DNA of 64,000 bases from Oceanispirochaeta sp. (GTDB lineage Bacteria > Spirochaetota > Spirochaetia > DSM-2461): NCBI GenBank assembly GCA_963666275.2, contig CAXXOA010000001.1, positions 1,440,001 to 1,504,000 on the forward strand, read 5' to 3'. The notes beneath the pieces were generated by a model. It was not told where the DNA came from. It was given only the letters and a program-made list of their open reading frames with translations, and did no database searches. Shown here piece after piece: positions 48,186 to 59,901 of the stretch; positions within the stretch are counted from its first letter, which is position 1; the number at the start of each line of letters is the position of its first letter. The position numbers and the translations under genes were made by a program.

Positions 48186-49249
48186 TCCTGTTCCTTTCTG
48201 TAGCAGCATATTCTCAGCCTGTAGAGGATCAGGACCTTCCCGGCTGGGTTCTTTATGAAAAAGGTCTTTTTCTCTATGAAGAGGGAGAACTGGATCAGGC
48301 TCTTGAATATTTCAATCTTTCGGCAAAATCAGGGAACCTGACCCCCGAAGCAAACTATTATATCGGCCGGATCTATGAGGAAGAGGGAGATTATCTCCTG
48401 GCAGAAAAGCAGTATGACAAAGCCCTGGAGGATTCCCGCTTTCTCTATATTCCCGAGCAGAAGTGGTCTATCTACTATAGCCTGGCAGGTATTTATCTCA
48501 ATAGAGATGAATATGACAGATACGAGCAGATGCTGCTATCTGTATTTGACGAGGAGCTTTCCCGGAATGAGGAGATCCTCCGCAGAGAACATGCCTATGT
48601 TCAGATGCTCAAGGAAGAGGGGATGGATAAATTCCTTCTTCTCTTTCGTATCAATCTGACCTATTCCCTGGAGTCTGCCAGTCAACTGGGCGTCTTTTAT
48701 GCCAGAAGAGGCGAGGTGAAGCGCTCCCTCATAAAAAATCTCTACACAGTTCTGAGCCTCTACAGCAGTTCCATCGAGTATCTGCTGGCAAAAGAGCCGG
48801 ATTTTTCTTTTCCAGTGGACAGGGCCGAGATCTGGCAGAAGGATCCTGAGTTTCTGGCATCTCTCTATGAAGAGTATGCGGACCGCATAGACCCCGCTTT
48901 CCAGTTTCAGAGAGATCTAAGGGATTTCTCTCTGATAGATCCCGAAGGAGATGCACAGAGGGCCGAAAGGATTATCAAATCGAGGAATCCGTTTTTTGAT
49001 CTCTCCGGAAGCCTCTATGTGCTCAGGAAAATAGAGGCTCAGGAGGATCTGGATATTTTTCTGAAAGATGAAAAACTCTACAGAGCCCTCTATTTTCTGG
49101 GAAAAGCCCTCTACAATGAAGGTTTTTCCGACAGGGCAAGGGAAATCTGGACTCTGGGTTCATTGAGCAGCCGGGATAACAGCTGGAAGATCCTCTGTAA
49201 CCGGTCTCTTTCCGATCCGGAGTATATCCCCCCTTCTCTTATTTACTAA
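48131..49249 (+). CDS. Exported TPR-repeat protein
   Basis: Signal-like segment; TPR-like helices EANYYIGRIYEEEG and ALYFLGKAL; start position uncertain. Confidence 0.75.
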   Translation: MFSKRSFSGRVTAFAAGVILFLSVAAYSQPVEDQDLPGWVLYEKGLFLYEEGELDQALEYFNLSAKSGNLTPEANYYIGRIYEEEGDYLLAEKQYDKALEDSRFLYIPEQKWSIYYSLAGIYLNRDEYDRYEQMLLSVFDEELSRNEEILRREHAYVQMLKEEGMDKFLLLFRINLTYSLESASQLGVFYARRGEVKRSLIKNLYTVLSLYSSSIEYLLAKEPDFSFPVDRAEIWQKDPEFLASLYEEYADRIDPAFQFQRDLRDFSLIDPEGDAQRAERIIKSRNPFFDLSGSLYVLRKIEAQEDLDIFLKDEKLYRALYFLGKALYNEGFSDRAREIWTLGSLSSRDNSWKILCNRSLSDPEYIPPSLIY

Positions 49250-49270
49250 ACAGGAGTATAGTTCCTTTGT

Positions 49271-52093
49271 ATGAAAAAACTGATTGTAAAAGGTGCCAGA
49301 GAGCATAATCTGAAAAACGTTGATCTGGAACTTCCCAGAGATAAACTGATTGTCATTTCAGGGCTGAGCGGTAGCGGAAAATCATCCCTGGCTTTTGATA
49401 CCATCTTCGCAGAAGGGCAGAGACGATATGTGGAGTCCCTGTCTGCCTATGCCAGACAGTTTCTGGGAAGGATGGACAAGCCCGATGTGGACTATATTGA
49501 GGGGCTTTCGCCTGCAATTTCCATAGAGCAGAAAACAACTCATAAGAATCCCCGATCCACAGTGGGTACAATAACGGAAATCTACGACTATCTGAGACTC
49601 CTGTTTGCCAGGATCGGCATACCCCACTGTCCCGACTGCGGGGTGGAGATCAAAGAGCAGTCTGTTGATCAGATTACCGATGCGGTCCTTTCGAAAGAGG
49701 AGGGCAGCCGTCTGATGATTCTGGCTCCTCTGGTCCGGGGGAAGAAGGGGGAGCACCGGAAAATCTTTGAAGACTCTCTCAAATCCGGCTTTCTCCGTGT
49801 CAGGGTCGACGGGGAGATCCTTTCCCTGGAAGATGAAATCAAGCTTGAAAAAAATAAAAAGCATTCCATTGAGGTTGTTGTCGACAGAGTCAAACTGAGC
49901 GGAGAAACCGTATCCCGGCTGACTCAGTCCATCGAGACGGCCCTGTCCATTTCGGACGGTCAGGTCATTATCCTTGAAAAGTCATCGGAAGGTGACCGGG
50001 AGCAGTTCTTCTCTGAGAAAAATTCCTGTCCCAGCTGCGGTTTCAGCATGCCCGAACTGCAGCCCCGTCTTTTCAGTTTCAACAACCCCTATGGGGCCTG
50101 TGCCGCCTGTTCCGGACTGGGGCAGACCCTGGAGTTTTCCCGGGATCTTATATTTCCCGATCTGGATCTCTCTTTCAATCAGCACGGTATAGCGCCCTAT
50201 AATCCCAAGGCCAACTGGTACCGGAGCTGGTTCGAAGCCCTGGCAAAGCATTACGGATTTTCTCTGGATACACCTCTGAAGGATCTGGATCCAGCGATAC
50301 TGGACATTATGCTCTATGGAAGCGATGAGCCCATAGAGGTGCTTTATGAAAACAGGGAAGGCACGGGCCGGTTTGAATACAATTCGGAGTACAAGGGAAT
50401 TATTGAAGATCTGAAAAGGCGGTACCGTGAAACAGGTTCGGACTCCATGAAGGACTGGATTGAAGAGTTCATGGAAAAAAGGACTTGTCATGAGTGCGGA
50501 GGGAAACGTCTGAAAAAAGAGGCTCTCTACGTTCTTGTGCATGGACAGAACATCGATGATCTTACCCGTTACTCCATCAAGGAGAGTCTGGATTTTTTCA
50601 ACAGTCTCAAACTGGGAGAAACGGAGCAGCACATTGCCTCGCAGATCCTCAAGGAGATCCGGGACCGGCTGACCTTCCTTGTCAGTGTGGGACTGGAATA
50701 CCTGACCCTCCATCGGGAGGCCGCAACCCTGTCGGGAGGAGAGGCCCAGAGGATTCGTCTGGCAACCCAGATCGGGTCTTCCCTGGTGGGTGTTCTCTAT
50801 ATCCTCGACGAACCCACCATCGGGCTGCATCAGCGGGATAATGAGCGTCTCATCGATACACTGAAGCATCTCCGGGATATCGGGAATACCCTGATAGTGG
50901 TAGAACATGATGAACAGACCCTGAGAACTGCCGACTACATTGTCGATATGGGCCCGGGGGCGGGAGTTCACGGCGGAAAAGTCGCCGCCAGAGGAACTCT
51001 GGAGGATATTCTCAAAAGCCCGGAGAGTCCTACTGGCCGTTTTCTCAGCGGCGCTGTGACCATAGATCTGCCGGAAAAACGGCGGAAGGGGACAGGGAAG
51101 AAACTGACTGTCAAAGGGGCGACAGAACACAATCTTAAAAATATCGATGTTTCTATTCCTCTGGGAACAATGACTGTCATCACAGGAGTTTCAGGATCGG
51201 GAAAATCCACCTTCCTCACGGATATCCTCTATCCGGCACTGAGCAACAAGCTCCACAAGTCGAAAAAGCCTGTAGGAGCCCATGGCGAAATAAAGGGGCT
51301 GGAACATCTGGATAAGGTCATCTGTATTGATCAGAGTCCGATAGGCAGGACTCCCCGGTCCAATCCGGCCACCTATGTAGGGCTGTTTACACCGGTGAGA
51401 GAGCTCTTCTCGTCTCTGCCCGAATCCAAAGCCCGGGGATTCAAACCCGGCCGATTCTCCTTCAATGTGAAGGGGGGGCGCTGCGAGCACTGCCAGGGCG
51501 CGGGGACCCAGAAAATTGAAATGCACTTCCTCCCGGATGTCTATGTGACCTGTGATGTCTGCAAGGGAAAAAGGTTCAACAGAGAAACTCTGGAGGTCCG
51601 GTACAAAGGAAAAAACATCCACGAGGTCCTGGATATGCCCATCGATGAAGCGGTGGAGTTTTTCGCGGCCATTCCCTCGATTGCCCATAAATGCCGGACC
51701 CTTCAGTCTGTGGGGCTCGGGTACATCAAACTCGGCCAGTCGGCTCTGACCCTGTCCGGAGGAGAGGCCCAGAGAGTGAAGCTCTCTCTGGAACTGTCAA
51801 AGCGGCAGACCGGTAAAACCATCTATATCATCGATGAACCCACAACAGGGCTTCATTTCGCCGATGTGAAGCAGCTCCTGGAAGTAATGCAGGCCCTGGT
51901 GGATAAGAAGAATACAATCTGCATGATCGAACACAATCTGGATGTGATCAAACAGGCCGACTATGTGGTTGATCTGGGTCCCGAGGGGGGAGACAAAGGG
52001 GGGAAGGTGGTGAAAGCCGGTACTCCCGAAGAGATCGCTTCCTGTAAAGACTCCTACACGGGGAAATTCCTGAAAGAGCTGTTGCCTGGATAA
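49271..52093 (+). CDS. uvrA: Excinuclease ABC subunit A
   Basis: Two ABC cassettes ([26 protein letters not shown] twice) and zinc fingers. Confidence 0.98.
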   Translation: MKKLIVKGAREHNLKNVDLELPRDKLIVISGLSGSGKSSLAFDTIFAEGQRRYVESLSAYARQFLGRMDKPDVDYIEGLSPAISIEQKTTHKNPRSTVGTITEIYDYLRLLFARIGIPHCPDCGVEIKEQSVDQITDAVLSKEEGSRLMILAPLVRGKKGEHRKIFEDSLKSGFLRVRVDGEILSLEDEIKLEKNKKHSIEVVVDRVKLSGETVSRLTQSIETALSISDGQVIILEKSSEGDREQFFSEKNSCPSCGFSMPELQPRLFSFNNPYGACAACSGLGQTLEFSRDLIFPDLDLSFNQHGIAPYNPKANWYRSWFEALAKHYGFSLDTPLKDLDPAILDIMLYGSDEPIEVLYENREGTGRFEYNSEYKGIIEDLKRRYRETGSDSMKDWIEEFMEKRTCHECGGKRLKKEALYVLVHGQNIDDLTRYSIKESLDFFNSLKLGETEQHIASQILKEIRDRLTFLVSVGLEYLTLHREAATLSGGEAQRIRLATQIGSSLVGVLYILDEPTIGLHQRDNERLIDTLKHLRDIGNTLIVVEHDEQTLRTADYIVDMGPGAGVHGGKVAARGTLEDILKSPESPTGRFLSGAVTIDLPEKRRKGTGKKLTVKGATEHNLKNIDVSIPLGTMTVITGVSGSGKSTFLTDILYPALSNKLHKSKKPVGAHGEIKGLEHLDKVICIDQSPIGRTPRSNPATYVGLFTPVRELFSSLPESKARGFKPGRFSFNVKGGRCEHCQGAGTQKIEMHFLPDVYVTCDVCKGKRFNRETLEVRYKGKNIHEVLDMPIDEAVEFFAAIPSIAHKCRTLQSVGLGYIKLGQSALTLSGGEAQRVKLSLELSKRQTGKTIYIIDEPTTGLHFADVKQLLEVMQALVDKKNTICMIEHNLDVIKQADYVVDLGPEGGDKGGKVVKAGTPEEIASCKDSYTGKFLKELLPG

Positions 52094-55000
52094 TGAACAG
52101 GCCGGGGTACTTGCTTTTCATAATCTTTTTCCTGTTCTCTCTCTGCAGTCCCGGTTTTTCTCAGGAGGCGGCTGAGGTTCAGCCCCTCCCGGCAGTCCCT
52201 TCTGCAGAGGAGGACGCGGAAGATCCCGACGGGGAACTGTCTCTCTTTGATAAGACTCTCAGGAAGGATATTGAAACGGCCAGCTACTATGAACTGGTCG
52301 CCTGGGTAGACTCTCTGGGGCTGGACAATCAGGGCAGTATTGATGCTCTGAGAAAGCATCTTTATACCTTCTATGAGATCCCTGTGAATCCCGAAGAGAC
52401 CTCTTCTCCCGGAGGATCCCTGATTACCATAAGATCCGCTTCGGATACAGACTATTTCACCATTGAGGAACCGGATCATCAGATGATCCGTCTCAAGGGA
52501 AATGTCCTTGTCGAGATGGAAGAGGAGGATCGGAACAGAAGCCATATCATTCAGGCGGATGAAATTATTTTCAACCAGACCGAAAATACCCTTACAGCCA
52601 CGGGGAATCTGGAATACAAAATGATCAGCGGGGATTATGAAGACCTCTTTTACGGAGACAGTCTCACCTTTTCCCTCTCCTCCTGGAACGGCGTCATATT
52701 TAAAGGGTCCTCCCTCCGGACGGAAACCATTGAAGGGGAGGAGAGGACTTTCTACTTTAACGGGGAGGTCATCCGGAGGGCCGGTTCCGGCGGAGTTTTC
52801 ATCCTGGAAAACGGAGATGTTCAGACCCAGGATGTGGAAAATCCCGATTTTCATCTCAAGTCCCAGCGCCTGTGGCTTATGGGCCCAAAAGAGTGGGGTG
52901 TCCGTCACGGCATCCTCTACATGGGCCATGTGCCTGTCCTATATATACCCTTTTACTTCAAACCCGGTAATGAGATGCTTTTCAATCCGGTCATAGGATC
53001 CCGGCTGCGTGAGGGTAACTTCATCCAGACCACAACCTATCTTCTGGGCCGTAAGGATGCCAGCGAAAACCTGGCGTTTTTCCAGCTGGGGGATTCGGAT
53101 GAATCCAATTACAAACTTGTCCGGGAAGGGCTCTATCTTATGAAAGAGAATGAGCCTCCGGATGATGAAAATGACGACACTCTGAAAGTCATGGCCGACT
53201 GGTATTCCCGTCTCGGCTATTTTACTGGGATTGACGGCGAGTTCACCGATAAAGAACTGTTCAGCTCCCTCAATTTTTCGGCTGGCCTGGGAGTGAGCAG
53301 GACAATTACAGACAGCAACACGATTTATTTTGAAGACGAATCCGGTGACTTCCGTTCCGACTGGAACAGCATCGTCTGGGGGGATGAGGAATATCCATTC
53401 CGGTGGGGTCAATCTCTGAATTTTACCTCTGATCACCTTACGGGTACCTTTCTGTTCTATTCAGATCCCTATTTCAACAGGGACTTTATGAACCGGGAGG
53501 AATCATTCGACTGGCTGAACACTCTCCTCACAACCAACGAGGAGACCGATCAGGAGGATATTCCTCTGGTTACCGATATGGAGTGGGAACTGACCTATTC
53601 CAACACTTTCAATGCCGATGTATTTTATCCCTATGTGGAGAGCTTTTCTCTGAATGAGCTTCGCTTCAGAATGGACTGGAACCGGAAAAGCAATGAGTCT
53701 GAATCCCTGGAGTATGCCAATGATCCGGCCAGGGAGTTTTTCTTCCCGGAAACTGTGGATCTGCCCTATCTCCGAGCCAGTCTCAGCGGCACTCCCGTCT
53801 CTTTTTCCACTCTGGACGGCTGGGGATGGGACGGTGACAGAGAGGATGCGGAAGATGAGGAGACTGAGGAAGATTCTCTGATCGATCCTCCCTGGGCGGT
53901 TTCAGAACCTCAGGGGGAAGAGGATTATCAGGATGAAAACCGGGAGCTGATTCAGGAGGAACCTCACTGGAACCGCAGCTTTTCCGACTACTCTCCCGAA
54001 TACTACAGAGGCTCATTATCCTATGACTATTCCACCCTTATGCATATTCAGGGAGAAACAAACCATGAGGACTGGGATTCTCCCGATGATACGGATTTTG
54101 TTATGGATGAAACCCTGTATCAGAGCAATAACAGTTTTACAACGACCTTTTTAAATGACTTTTTTGATGAGACCTTCGGTGTGAACAACACCAATACAGT
54201 TCTTTTCAACTACAGGACCCACCTTGATGCCCTGGGGGCTGTTACGGACAATATGGAGTATGAGGACTATCTGAGCGATTATCAGTACCAGTCTCTGAAC
54301 TGGGATAATGCGTTTGAAGCGGAATACAACCCCTTCCTGGGAATTCAGTCCTTCTCTTCCTCCCGTATCAGTTATGAACTGGACAACATGCTCTATGAAA
54401 AGGTTCTCGAGTCCTATGAAGAGGGCGGTGATCCCGTCTTTTCGGAAGAATGGGCAGAATGGGATGAAGAGAAGATTGAAAGTCACTATGTGGAAGGCTC
54501 TCTGAAATACAGTCCGGGAATCTTTTATGCCACCTCCACGGCCAACTATGATCTCCCCCCACTGCTGAGAAATGACCTTTATACCAATACAGTGGGTATC
54601 GGCTCCGATCATTGGGATCTCAGCGGAAGCCATTCCTTTTCGTATACTGAAGACGAATATGGCGAGAGGGAGTGGACGAAAAATCCTCTCATTCTCAGTG
54701 CGGCCTGGACCCCCCTGGATGAAATTGTCCTGGAGCAGGATGTCTCCTACAATTTTGAAGAGGAAACCTACACGAAAAGCCGCTCCTACCTGTCGGCATG
54801 GGGGTTCTATGCGGAGTATCTCCATGAATACACAACCGCCTATGAATGGGATCCTGAGGAGCTGGACTGGATTGATCTGGATGAGGACTTCGTTCCCTCC
54901 CGGTTCAGTACCGGATATGACTGGGAGTTCCAGCAGAGAGATCTCTGGAAAAACAGGATCTCCTGGGATACGGACCTCACTCTGGACTGGTCAAGGGATC

Positions 55001-55443
55001 TTCAGAAGTATACAGACAATGAGCTGAGTTTTATCTGGTACTATCATCTGAATATCTTCCAGTTTCTGGATCTTGAATATGCAATGACAACTGTCAATAA
55101 AAATATGTATCTCTATTCAGATTCCTACAGGGAAAAGCTGGGGATTGACGGAGAGTACAGTTTCTGGGAGGATCTATCCCGCTCTTTTAATGTTTTCAGT
55201 ACGGACCAGCAGGACAGGTATGATTCTTTTTTCAATCTGGAAAATATCAGTCTGGACCTGGTTCATCATCTGAGAGAGTGGGATCTCACACTGTCCTATG
55301 AGGGATGGCCCGAGCTGGTCGAGAACCGGTATGAATGGCAGTCCCAGGTTTCGGTCTTTCTGAAATGGAACCCCATACCCCAGATCCAGGCGGATATTCT
55401 GTACAGCGAAGAGGAGTGGTCGGTGGATACTGAAAAGGATTGA
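52093..55443 (+). CDS. LptD/OstA-like outer-membrane assembly protein
   Basis: Signal peptide; jellyroll-like IQADEIIFN...ATGNLEY; PVLYIPF; aromatic-rich beta-strand C-terminus. Confidence 0.7.
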   Translation: MNRPGYLLFIIFFLFSLCSPGFSQEAAEVQPLPAVPSAEEDAEDPDGELSLFDKTLRKDIETASYYELVAWVDSLGLDNQGSIDALRKHLYTFYEIPVNPEETSSPGGSLITIRSASDTDYFTIEEPDHQMIRLKGNVLVEMEEEDRNRSHIIQADEIIFNQTENTLTATGNLEYKMISGDYEDLFYGDSLTFSLSSWNGVIFKGSSLRTETIEGEERTFYFNGEVIRRAGSGGVFILENGDVQTQDVENPDFHLKSQRLWLMGPKEWGVRHGILYMGHVPVLYIPFYFKPGNEMLFNPVIGSRLREGNFIQTTTYLLGRKDASENLAFFQLGDSDESNYKLVREGLYLMKENEPPDDENDDTLKVMADWYSRLGYFTGIDGEFTDKELFSSLNFSAGLGVSRTITDSNTIYFEDESGDFRSDWNSIVWGDEEYPFRWGQSLNFTSDHLTGTFLFYSDPYFNRDFMNREESFDWLNTLLTTNEETDQEDIPLVTDMEWELTYSNTFNADVFYPYVESFSLNELRFRMDWNRKSNESESLEYANDPAREFFFPETVDLPYLRASLSGTPVSFSTLDGWGWDGDREDAEDEETEEDSLIDPPWAVSEPQGEEDYQDENRELIQEEPHWNRSFSDYSPEYYRGSLSYDYSTLMHIQGETNHEDWDSPDDTDFVMDETLYQSNNSFTTTFLNDFFDETFGVNNTNTVLFNYRTHLDALGAVTDNMEYEDYLSDYQYQSLNWDNAFEAEYNPFLGIQSFSSSRISYELDNMLYEKVLESYEEGGDPVFSEEWAEWDEEKIESHYVEGSLKYSPGIFYATSTANYDLPPLLRNDLYTNTVGIGSDHWDLSGSHSFSYTEDEYGEREWTKNPLILSAAWTPLDEIVLEQDVSYNFEEETYTKSRSYLSAWGFYAEYLHEYTTAYEWDPEELDWIDLDEDFVPSRFSTGYDWEFQQRDLWKNRISWDTDLTLDWSRDLQKYTDNELSFIWYYHLNIFQFLDLEYAMTTVNKNMYLYSDSYREKLGIDGEYSFWEDLSRSFNVFSTDQQDRYDSFFNLENISLDLVHHLREWDLTLSYEGWPELVENRYEWQSQVSVFLKWNPIPQIQADILYSEEEWSVDTEKD

Positions 55444-55447
55444 GTTC

Positions 55448-55477
55448 TTGACTCTTCAAGCCCACAGGCGGTACACT
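55448..55477 (+). promoter_or_regulatory. Candidate sigma70 promoter of the phoH operon
   Basis: TTGACT-18 nt-TACACT. Confidence 0.5.
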
Positions 55478-55534
55478 GAACAGCGTTGGTTTGCGGTAAA
55501 TAGCTGTATGTCCATCAATTAATAAGGAACCTGT

Positions 55535-56491
55535 TTGATAAAAACTGATTTAATTACAATAGAAGATCCTGAGCTGCTGAGAAAAATCTGCGGACCCCAT
55601 GACAGGAATCTTAAAGAACTGGAAAACCTTCTCGATTCGAGAATATACACCAGGGGAAATGAAATCCATTTCGATTCTTCCGATGACAGGCAGATTTCTC
55701 TTTTTCAGACAATCATCAGAGATCTTGAATCCTCCGCCAGAAACAACTCATTTGACGATACCTATACAGTCAGGACAGTTTTCGAGGCCCGGTTGAAAGG
55801 CTCTGTTTCAAGAGAAGATCTTCAGAAAAAGAATATATCCATACCGGGAGGATCGCATAAAATTCTTCCCAGGAATCTCAGCCAGTACAACTATATGGAG
55901 ATTATGGGTTCTCATGATCTTACCTTCGGTATCGGCCCTGCGGGAACAGGGAAAACCTATCTGGCCATAGCCTATGCCCTGGGGGAAGTCCTCAGCAGAA
56001 GGTGCCGTAAGCTCATCCTGTCCCGTCCGGTGATTGAAGCGGGAGAGAACCTGGGGTATCTGCCGGGAGATCTGACCCAGAAACTGGATCCCTATCTGAA
56101 ACCACTGTATGATGCCATGGAAGATCTTCTCCTGCCGGCAACTCTTATGAAGATACAGGAGACAGGACTGATAGAGATATCTCCCCTGGCCTATATGAGA
56201 GGAAGAAGCCTCAGGAACAGCATTATCGTTCTTGATGAAGCACAGAATACAACTCAGGAGCAGATGAAGATGTTCCTTACCCGTCTCGGTGAGGGCTCCA
56301 GAGCTGTTATCACAGGAGATGTAACGCAGATCGATCTTCCCTGCAAGGAGAAGTCGGGATTGCTGCAGGCTGTAAAAATTCTTAAAAATGTAAGGGGTAT
56401 CGGGTTTGCATCCTTTACAAAAGATGATGTTGTCAGGCATCCTCTTGTAAAAAAAATCCTAGAGGCTTATGAACAGGAACATACGCATTAA
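55535..56491 (+). CDS. phoH: PhoH-family ATPase (YbeZ-like)
   Basis: GPAGTGKT, LGYLPGD, PLAYMRGRSL, LDEAQN, VVRHPLV. Confidence 0.94.
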   Translation: MIKTDLITIEDPELLRKICGPHDRNLKELENLLDSRIYTRGNEIHFDSSDDRQISLFQTIIRDLESSARNNSFDDTYTVRTVFEARLKGSVSREDLQKKNISIPGGSHKILPRNLSQYNYMEIMGSHDLTFGIGPAGTGKTYLAIAYALGEVLSRRCRKLILSRPVIEAGENLGYLPGDLTQKLDPYLKPLYDAMEDLLLPATLMKIQETGLIEISPLAYMRGRSLRNSIIVLDEAQNTTQEQMKMFLTRLGEGSRAVITGDVTQIDLPCKEKSGLLQAVKILKNVRGIGFASFTKDDVVRHPLVKKILEAYEQEHTH

Positions 56492-58658
56492 TTTTCTGGA
56501 ACATCCCATTGTTTCAGAAAACAAAATCATCAAAAGAAACCATCTGTTTTTTTATTATCTGGTCTTTGTGGTAACCATCCTTTTCTTCACACAGTTCGAT
56601 ACTCTTTTTATGCGTGACAGCTATTACGGATACAGAGAAGGTGACCGGGTCGAGGAAACAGTTGTCCTTACCAAGCCCCTCAGTTATATAGACGAGGAAG
56701 CAACGGAAAAAAAGAAGAATCTCGCCATGGAGATGATCCTTCCTGTCTATGTGATCAAAGACGATATCAATGAGAAGATTCTCGATGAATTCGGAAGATT
56801 CAATGAGGATCTGAGAGCCATCATTTCAGAGGAATTTCCCCGGGACAGGATGGAGCAGCTGGAAGGCCTCTATCCAGGATTTCAGTATCTCGGCAGCCTC
56901 AGTGAAGTCGATCCGGTAAGGCTGAATCTTATGATGTCTTCGGTTCTGGATATTCTGGAGACTCTCCTTTCGAGAGGGATTATAAACAAACTGGATGCTT
57001 CGGGAACAGGAACAACAGGTCTCATAGAAATACTGAGGTCTGAAATCGGTGAACGAACGACGGTTCCCTCCGATAAGGCTCTCACCATTGACAACTGGCA
57101 GTTTTATGCAAGAAATATGCTGGATAACTATGACTTCAATCAGGGTGAGAGAAAATTCATCGAACTGATAACCTACTATTTTCTGGAACCCAACTGTTTT
57201 TTCAGTCCCGAACTGACGGAACTGAAAACCCAGGAAGTTTCCAAAACCATGGCCCCAGTCTGGGTGCACAGAGATGCGGGAGATGCTCTTCTTACCAGAG
57301 GAACCATCATCACCGCCACGGAACTTCAGACCATAGATGCTGTGAAGGACAGCCGGGGAAGGATCAGGATTCATTCCATACTGGGAACGCTCCTGTATAC
57401 TTTTCTGATTTTTCTGTTCCTGATTGTCCTTCTGATTGCCTTTCCGGCGGGGCTGGATCTGCTTGAAAGCCCCCATCTTGTTTTTTCACTTTCCTGGTTC
57501 CATATTCTCAGTTCTCTTGTCCTGTACAGATTCCTGGACGAACCCGGGGCCATTCCGGTTGTCCTTTTTCTTCCAGGCGGGCTTATTGCCATGCTCATGG
57601 CAATCCTGACAAACAGAAAGGGAACTTTTCTTTTTATAATTGTTCAGTCCATATTTATCTTTTTTGTGCTGGATTTTAACTCCCAGGCACTCTATATGAC
57701 ACTTTTTACAGGCCTGGGAGCCTCACTGGTGATCGAAGGAGCCGAAAAAAGGATCGATCTGATCAAAGGCGGCGTGTATCTGGCTCTTGTTCAGGTTTTC
57801 CTGCTGGGAGTCATGTTTCTTCTCACGCCCCTGGCTTTGAATACAATGATGCTTTCCTTTCTGGTGGCTATTCTCAACGGGCTGCTTTCAGGGTTTTTCT
57901 CCCTTATGGTACTTCCTCTGTTTGAGCATGTCATGAATGCCTGTACCACCTTTCGTCTCCAGGAGCTTTCGGATCTGAACGCCCCCCTGCTGAAGAGGAT
58001 GCTGGCTCTGGCTCCCGGGACCTATGCCCACTCCATGAATGTTGCGAATCTGGCGGAAACGGCCTGCCGGAATATCGGAGCGGATGCTCTGCTGGCCAGA
58101 GTGGGTGCCTATTATCATGATATCGGTAAAATTGATCAGTCCCAGTATTTCAGTGAAAATCAGAAGGATTACAATAAACATGACGATCTGAAAACAACCC
58201 TCTCTGTGGCTGTTATCAAATCCCATGTGAAAATAGGGATTGAGAAATCCAGAGAATTGAATATGCCTGATAAAGTTATCAATATAATTGCCCAGCACCA
58301 CGGGACAAGTGTCATTGAATATTTCTATCAGCGGGCGGTCAGTGAAAAGGGAGCTGAAAATGTCTCTTTTGAAGACTACTCCCACTCAGGTCCCAAGCCC
58401 CAGTCAAAAGAGGCGGCTGTGGTGATGCTCTCCGATATGGCGGAAGCCGCGACAAGGAGTATGTCGAAACCGACAGTTGCAAAACTGGAAAAGTCTCTCT
58501 GGGATCTTATTATGATCCGGTTTAAAGACGGAGAACTGAATGAATGCGGAATGACCCTTCAGGAACTTGAAACAATCAAATCTTCTTTTGTGCATGTCCT
58601 GACAGGTCAGTATCACTCGAGAATTGAATACCCCGAAAGAGAAAAGGAAACAGGATGA
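56469..58658 (+). CDS. 7TM-HD phosphohydrolase (PgpH-like)
   Basis: Extracytoplasmic domain, TM bundle, APGTYAHS, YYHDIGK, QHHGT, D..EAA.R. Confidence 0.88.
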   Translation: MNRNIRINFLEHPIVSENKIIKRNHLFFYYLVFVVTILFFTQFDTLFMRDSYYGYREGDRVEETVVLTKPLSYIDEEATEKKKNLAMEMILPVYVIKDDINEKILDEFGRFNEDLRAIISEEFPRDRMEQLEGLYPGFQYLGSLSEVDPVRLNLMMSSVLDILETLLSRGIINKLDASGTGTTGLIEILRSEIGERTTVPSDKALTIDNWQFYARNMLDNYDFNQGERKFIELITYYFLEPNCFFSPELTELKTQEVSKTMAPVWVHRDAGDALLTRGTIITATELQTIDAVKDSRGRIRIHSILGTLLYTFLIFLFLIVLLIAFPAGLDLLESPHLVFSLSWFHILSSLVLYRFLDEPGAIPVVLFLPGGLIAMLMAILTNRKGTFLFIIVQSIFIFFVLDFNSQALYMTLFTGLGASLVIEGAEKRIDLIKGGVYLALVQVFLLGVMFLLTPLALNTMMLSFLVAILNGLLSGFFSLMVLPLFEHVMNACTTFRLQELSDLNAPLLKRMLALAPGTYAHSMNVANLAETACRNIGADALLARVGAYYHDIGKIDQSQYFSENQKDYNKHDDLKTTLSVAVIKSHVKIGIEKSRELNMPDKVINIIAQHHGTSVIEYFYQRAVSEKGAENVSFEDYSHSGPKPQSKEAAVVMLSDMAEAATRSMSKPTVAKLEKSLWDLIMIRFKDGELNECGMTLQELETIKSSFVHVLTGQYHSRIEYPEREKETG

Positions 58659-59116
58659 ATGAAATAGACGTGATTTCACAGCTGGAGACAGCCCCCCCCT
58701 GGCTGGAGCAGCTTGAACAGTTCGCTTCCCGGGTATTATCGGAAGAAGGGCTTTCAAATTGGGAAATTTCATTGACTCTCTGTCATGATCCTTATATAAA
58801 GGAATTAAACAGTCTTTACAGAGACAAAGATGAACCGACCGATGTCCTTTCTTTCTGTCAGAACGAAGGGGAGGATCCTTTTCCTACCGGAGCGGAAATT
58901 GTTTCCGCCGGCGATATCATTGTCTCTATGGATACTCTTGAGCGGCATGCCGCTGAGTTTGAAGTCCCTCTGGAAGAAGAACTGAAGAGGGTCGTCATAC
59001 ACGGGATTCTGCATCTCAAAGGGATGCAGCATGAAACAAATGATCTGGAAGAGAAAATGCTGAAACATCAGGAAAAACTTCTGGGTGAGCTGGGTTCATT
59101 CAGGATTTTTCAATGA
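58655..59116 (+). CDS. ybeY: rRNA maturation endoribonuclease YbeY
   Basis: LN..YR.KDEPTDVLSF, GDI, HGILHLKGMQH. Confidence 0.96.
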   Translation: MNEIDVISQLETAPPWLEQLEQFASRVLSEEGLSNWEISLTLCHDPYIKELNSLYRDKDEPTDVLSFCQNEGEDPFPTGAEIVSAGDIIVSMDTLERHAAEFEVPLEEELKRVVIHGILHLKGMQHETNDLEEKMLKHQEKLLGELGSFRIFQ

Positions 59117-59901
59117 AATTATTCAAACAACTTGTGAGAAAAGGAAAGACGGAAAGAGTTGTTGACCATGAAACTCTCAATGAACTGAACTCTGATGAAC
59201 AGGGTATGATACAGGGAATTGTGGAGCTTTCTGACACAACAATCAAAGAGGTCATCATCCCCCGTATCGATGTGGTTTTCATTGATGGGAATATTGAAAA
59301 GGATGAACTCTTTGAAACTCTGATGAAGTCGGGACACTCCCGTTTTCCTGTATATAAAGACACCATAGATAATGTGGTGGGAGTCCTCTATGTGAAAGAT
59401 CTGCTGGGATCTCTTGTGAAAAATGAGGATTTTGCCATCTGTGAAATCATGCGGAAAGCCTATTTTGTTCCCGAGAGTATGAAACTGGATGTTCTGCTCA
59501 AGGAATTCAAACTCCGTCGGGTTCATATCGCCATTGTGGTTGATGAATACGGCGGGGTATCCGGAATAGTCTGTATGGAAGATATCATCGAGGAGATCGT
59601 CGGTGATATCCAGGATGAATTTGACAACGAAGAAGATGATATACTTGAGATAGGCCCCAATACCTATCTCTGTGATGCCCGAATTGATATCGAAGATTTG
59701 AACGAACACCTGTCTAAAGAACTGCCTGATGAAAAGTTTGATACACTGGGCGGTTTTGTTTTTGACCTGTTCGGAAAAATCCCTGTAAAGTATGAAAAAG
59801 TCACATATGATAATATGGACTTTATTATACAGTCGGTGGAAGGGCATAAAATTAAATCCGTAAAGGTCGTTGTCAATGATGAAGAGACTACTCAAAACTG
59901 A
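59113..59901 (+). CDS. corC: CBS-pair + CorC_HlyC domain protein (CorC/YbeX-like)
   Basis: HSRFPVY, VVDEYGG, EDIIEEIVGDIQDE, DTLGG. Confidence 0.85.
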   Translation: MKLFKQLVRKGKTERVVDHETLNELNSDEQGMIQGIVELSDTTIKEVIIPRIDVVFIDGNIEKDELFETLMKSGHSRFPVYKDTIDNVVGVLYVKDLLGSLVKNEDFAICEIMRKAYFVPESMKLDVLLKEFKLRRVHIAIVVDEYGGVSGIVCMEDIIEEIVGDIQDEFDNEEDDILEIGPNTYLCDARIDIEDLNEHLSKELPDEKFDTLGGFVFDLFGKIPVKYEKVTYDNMDFIIQSVEGHKIKSVKVVVNDEETTQN

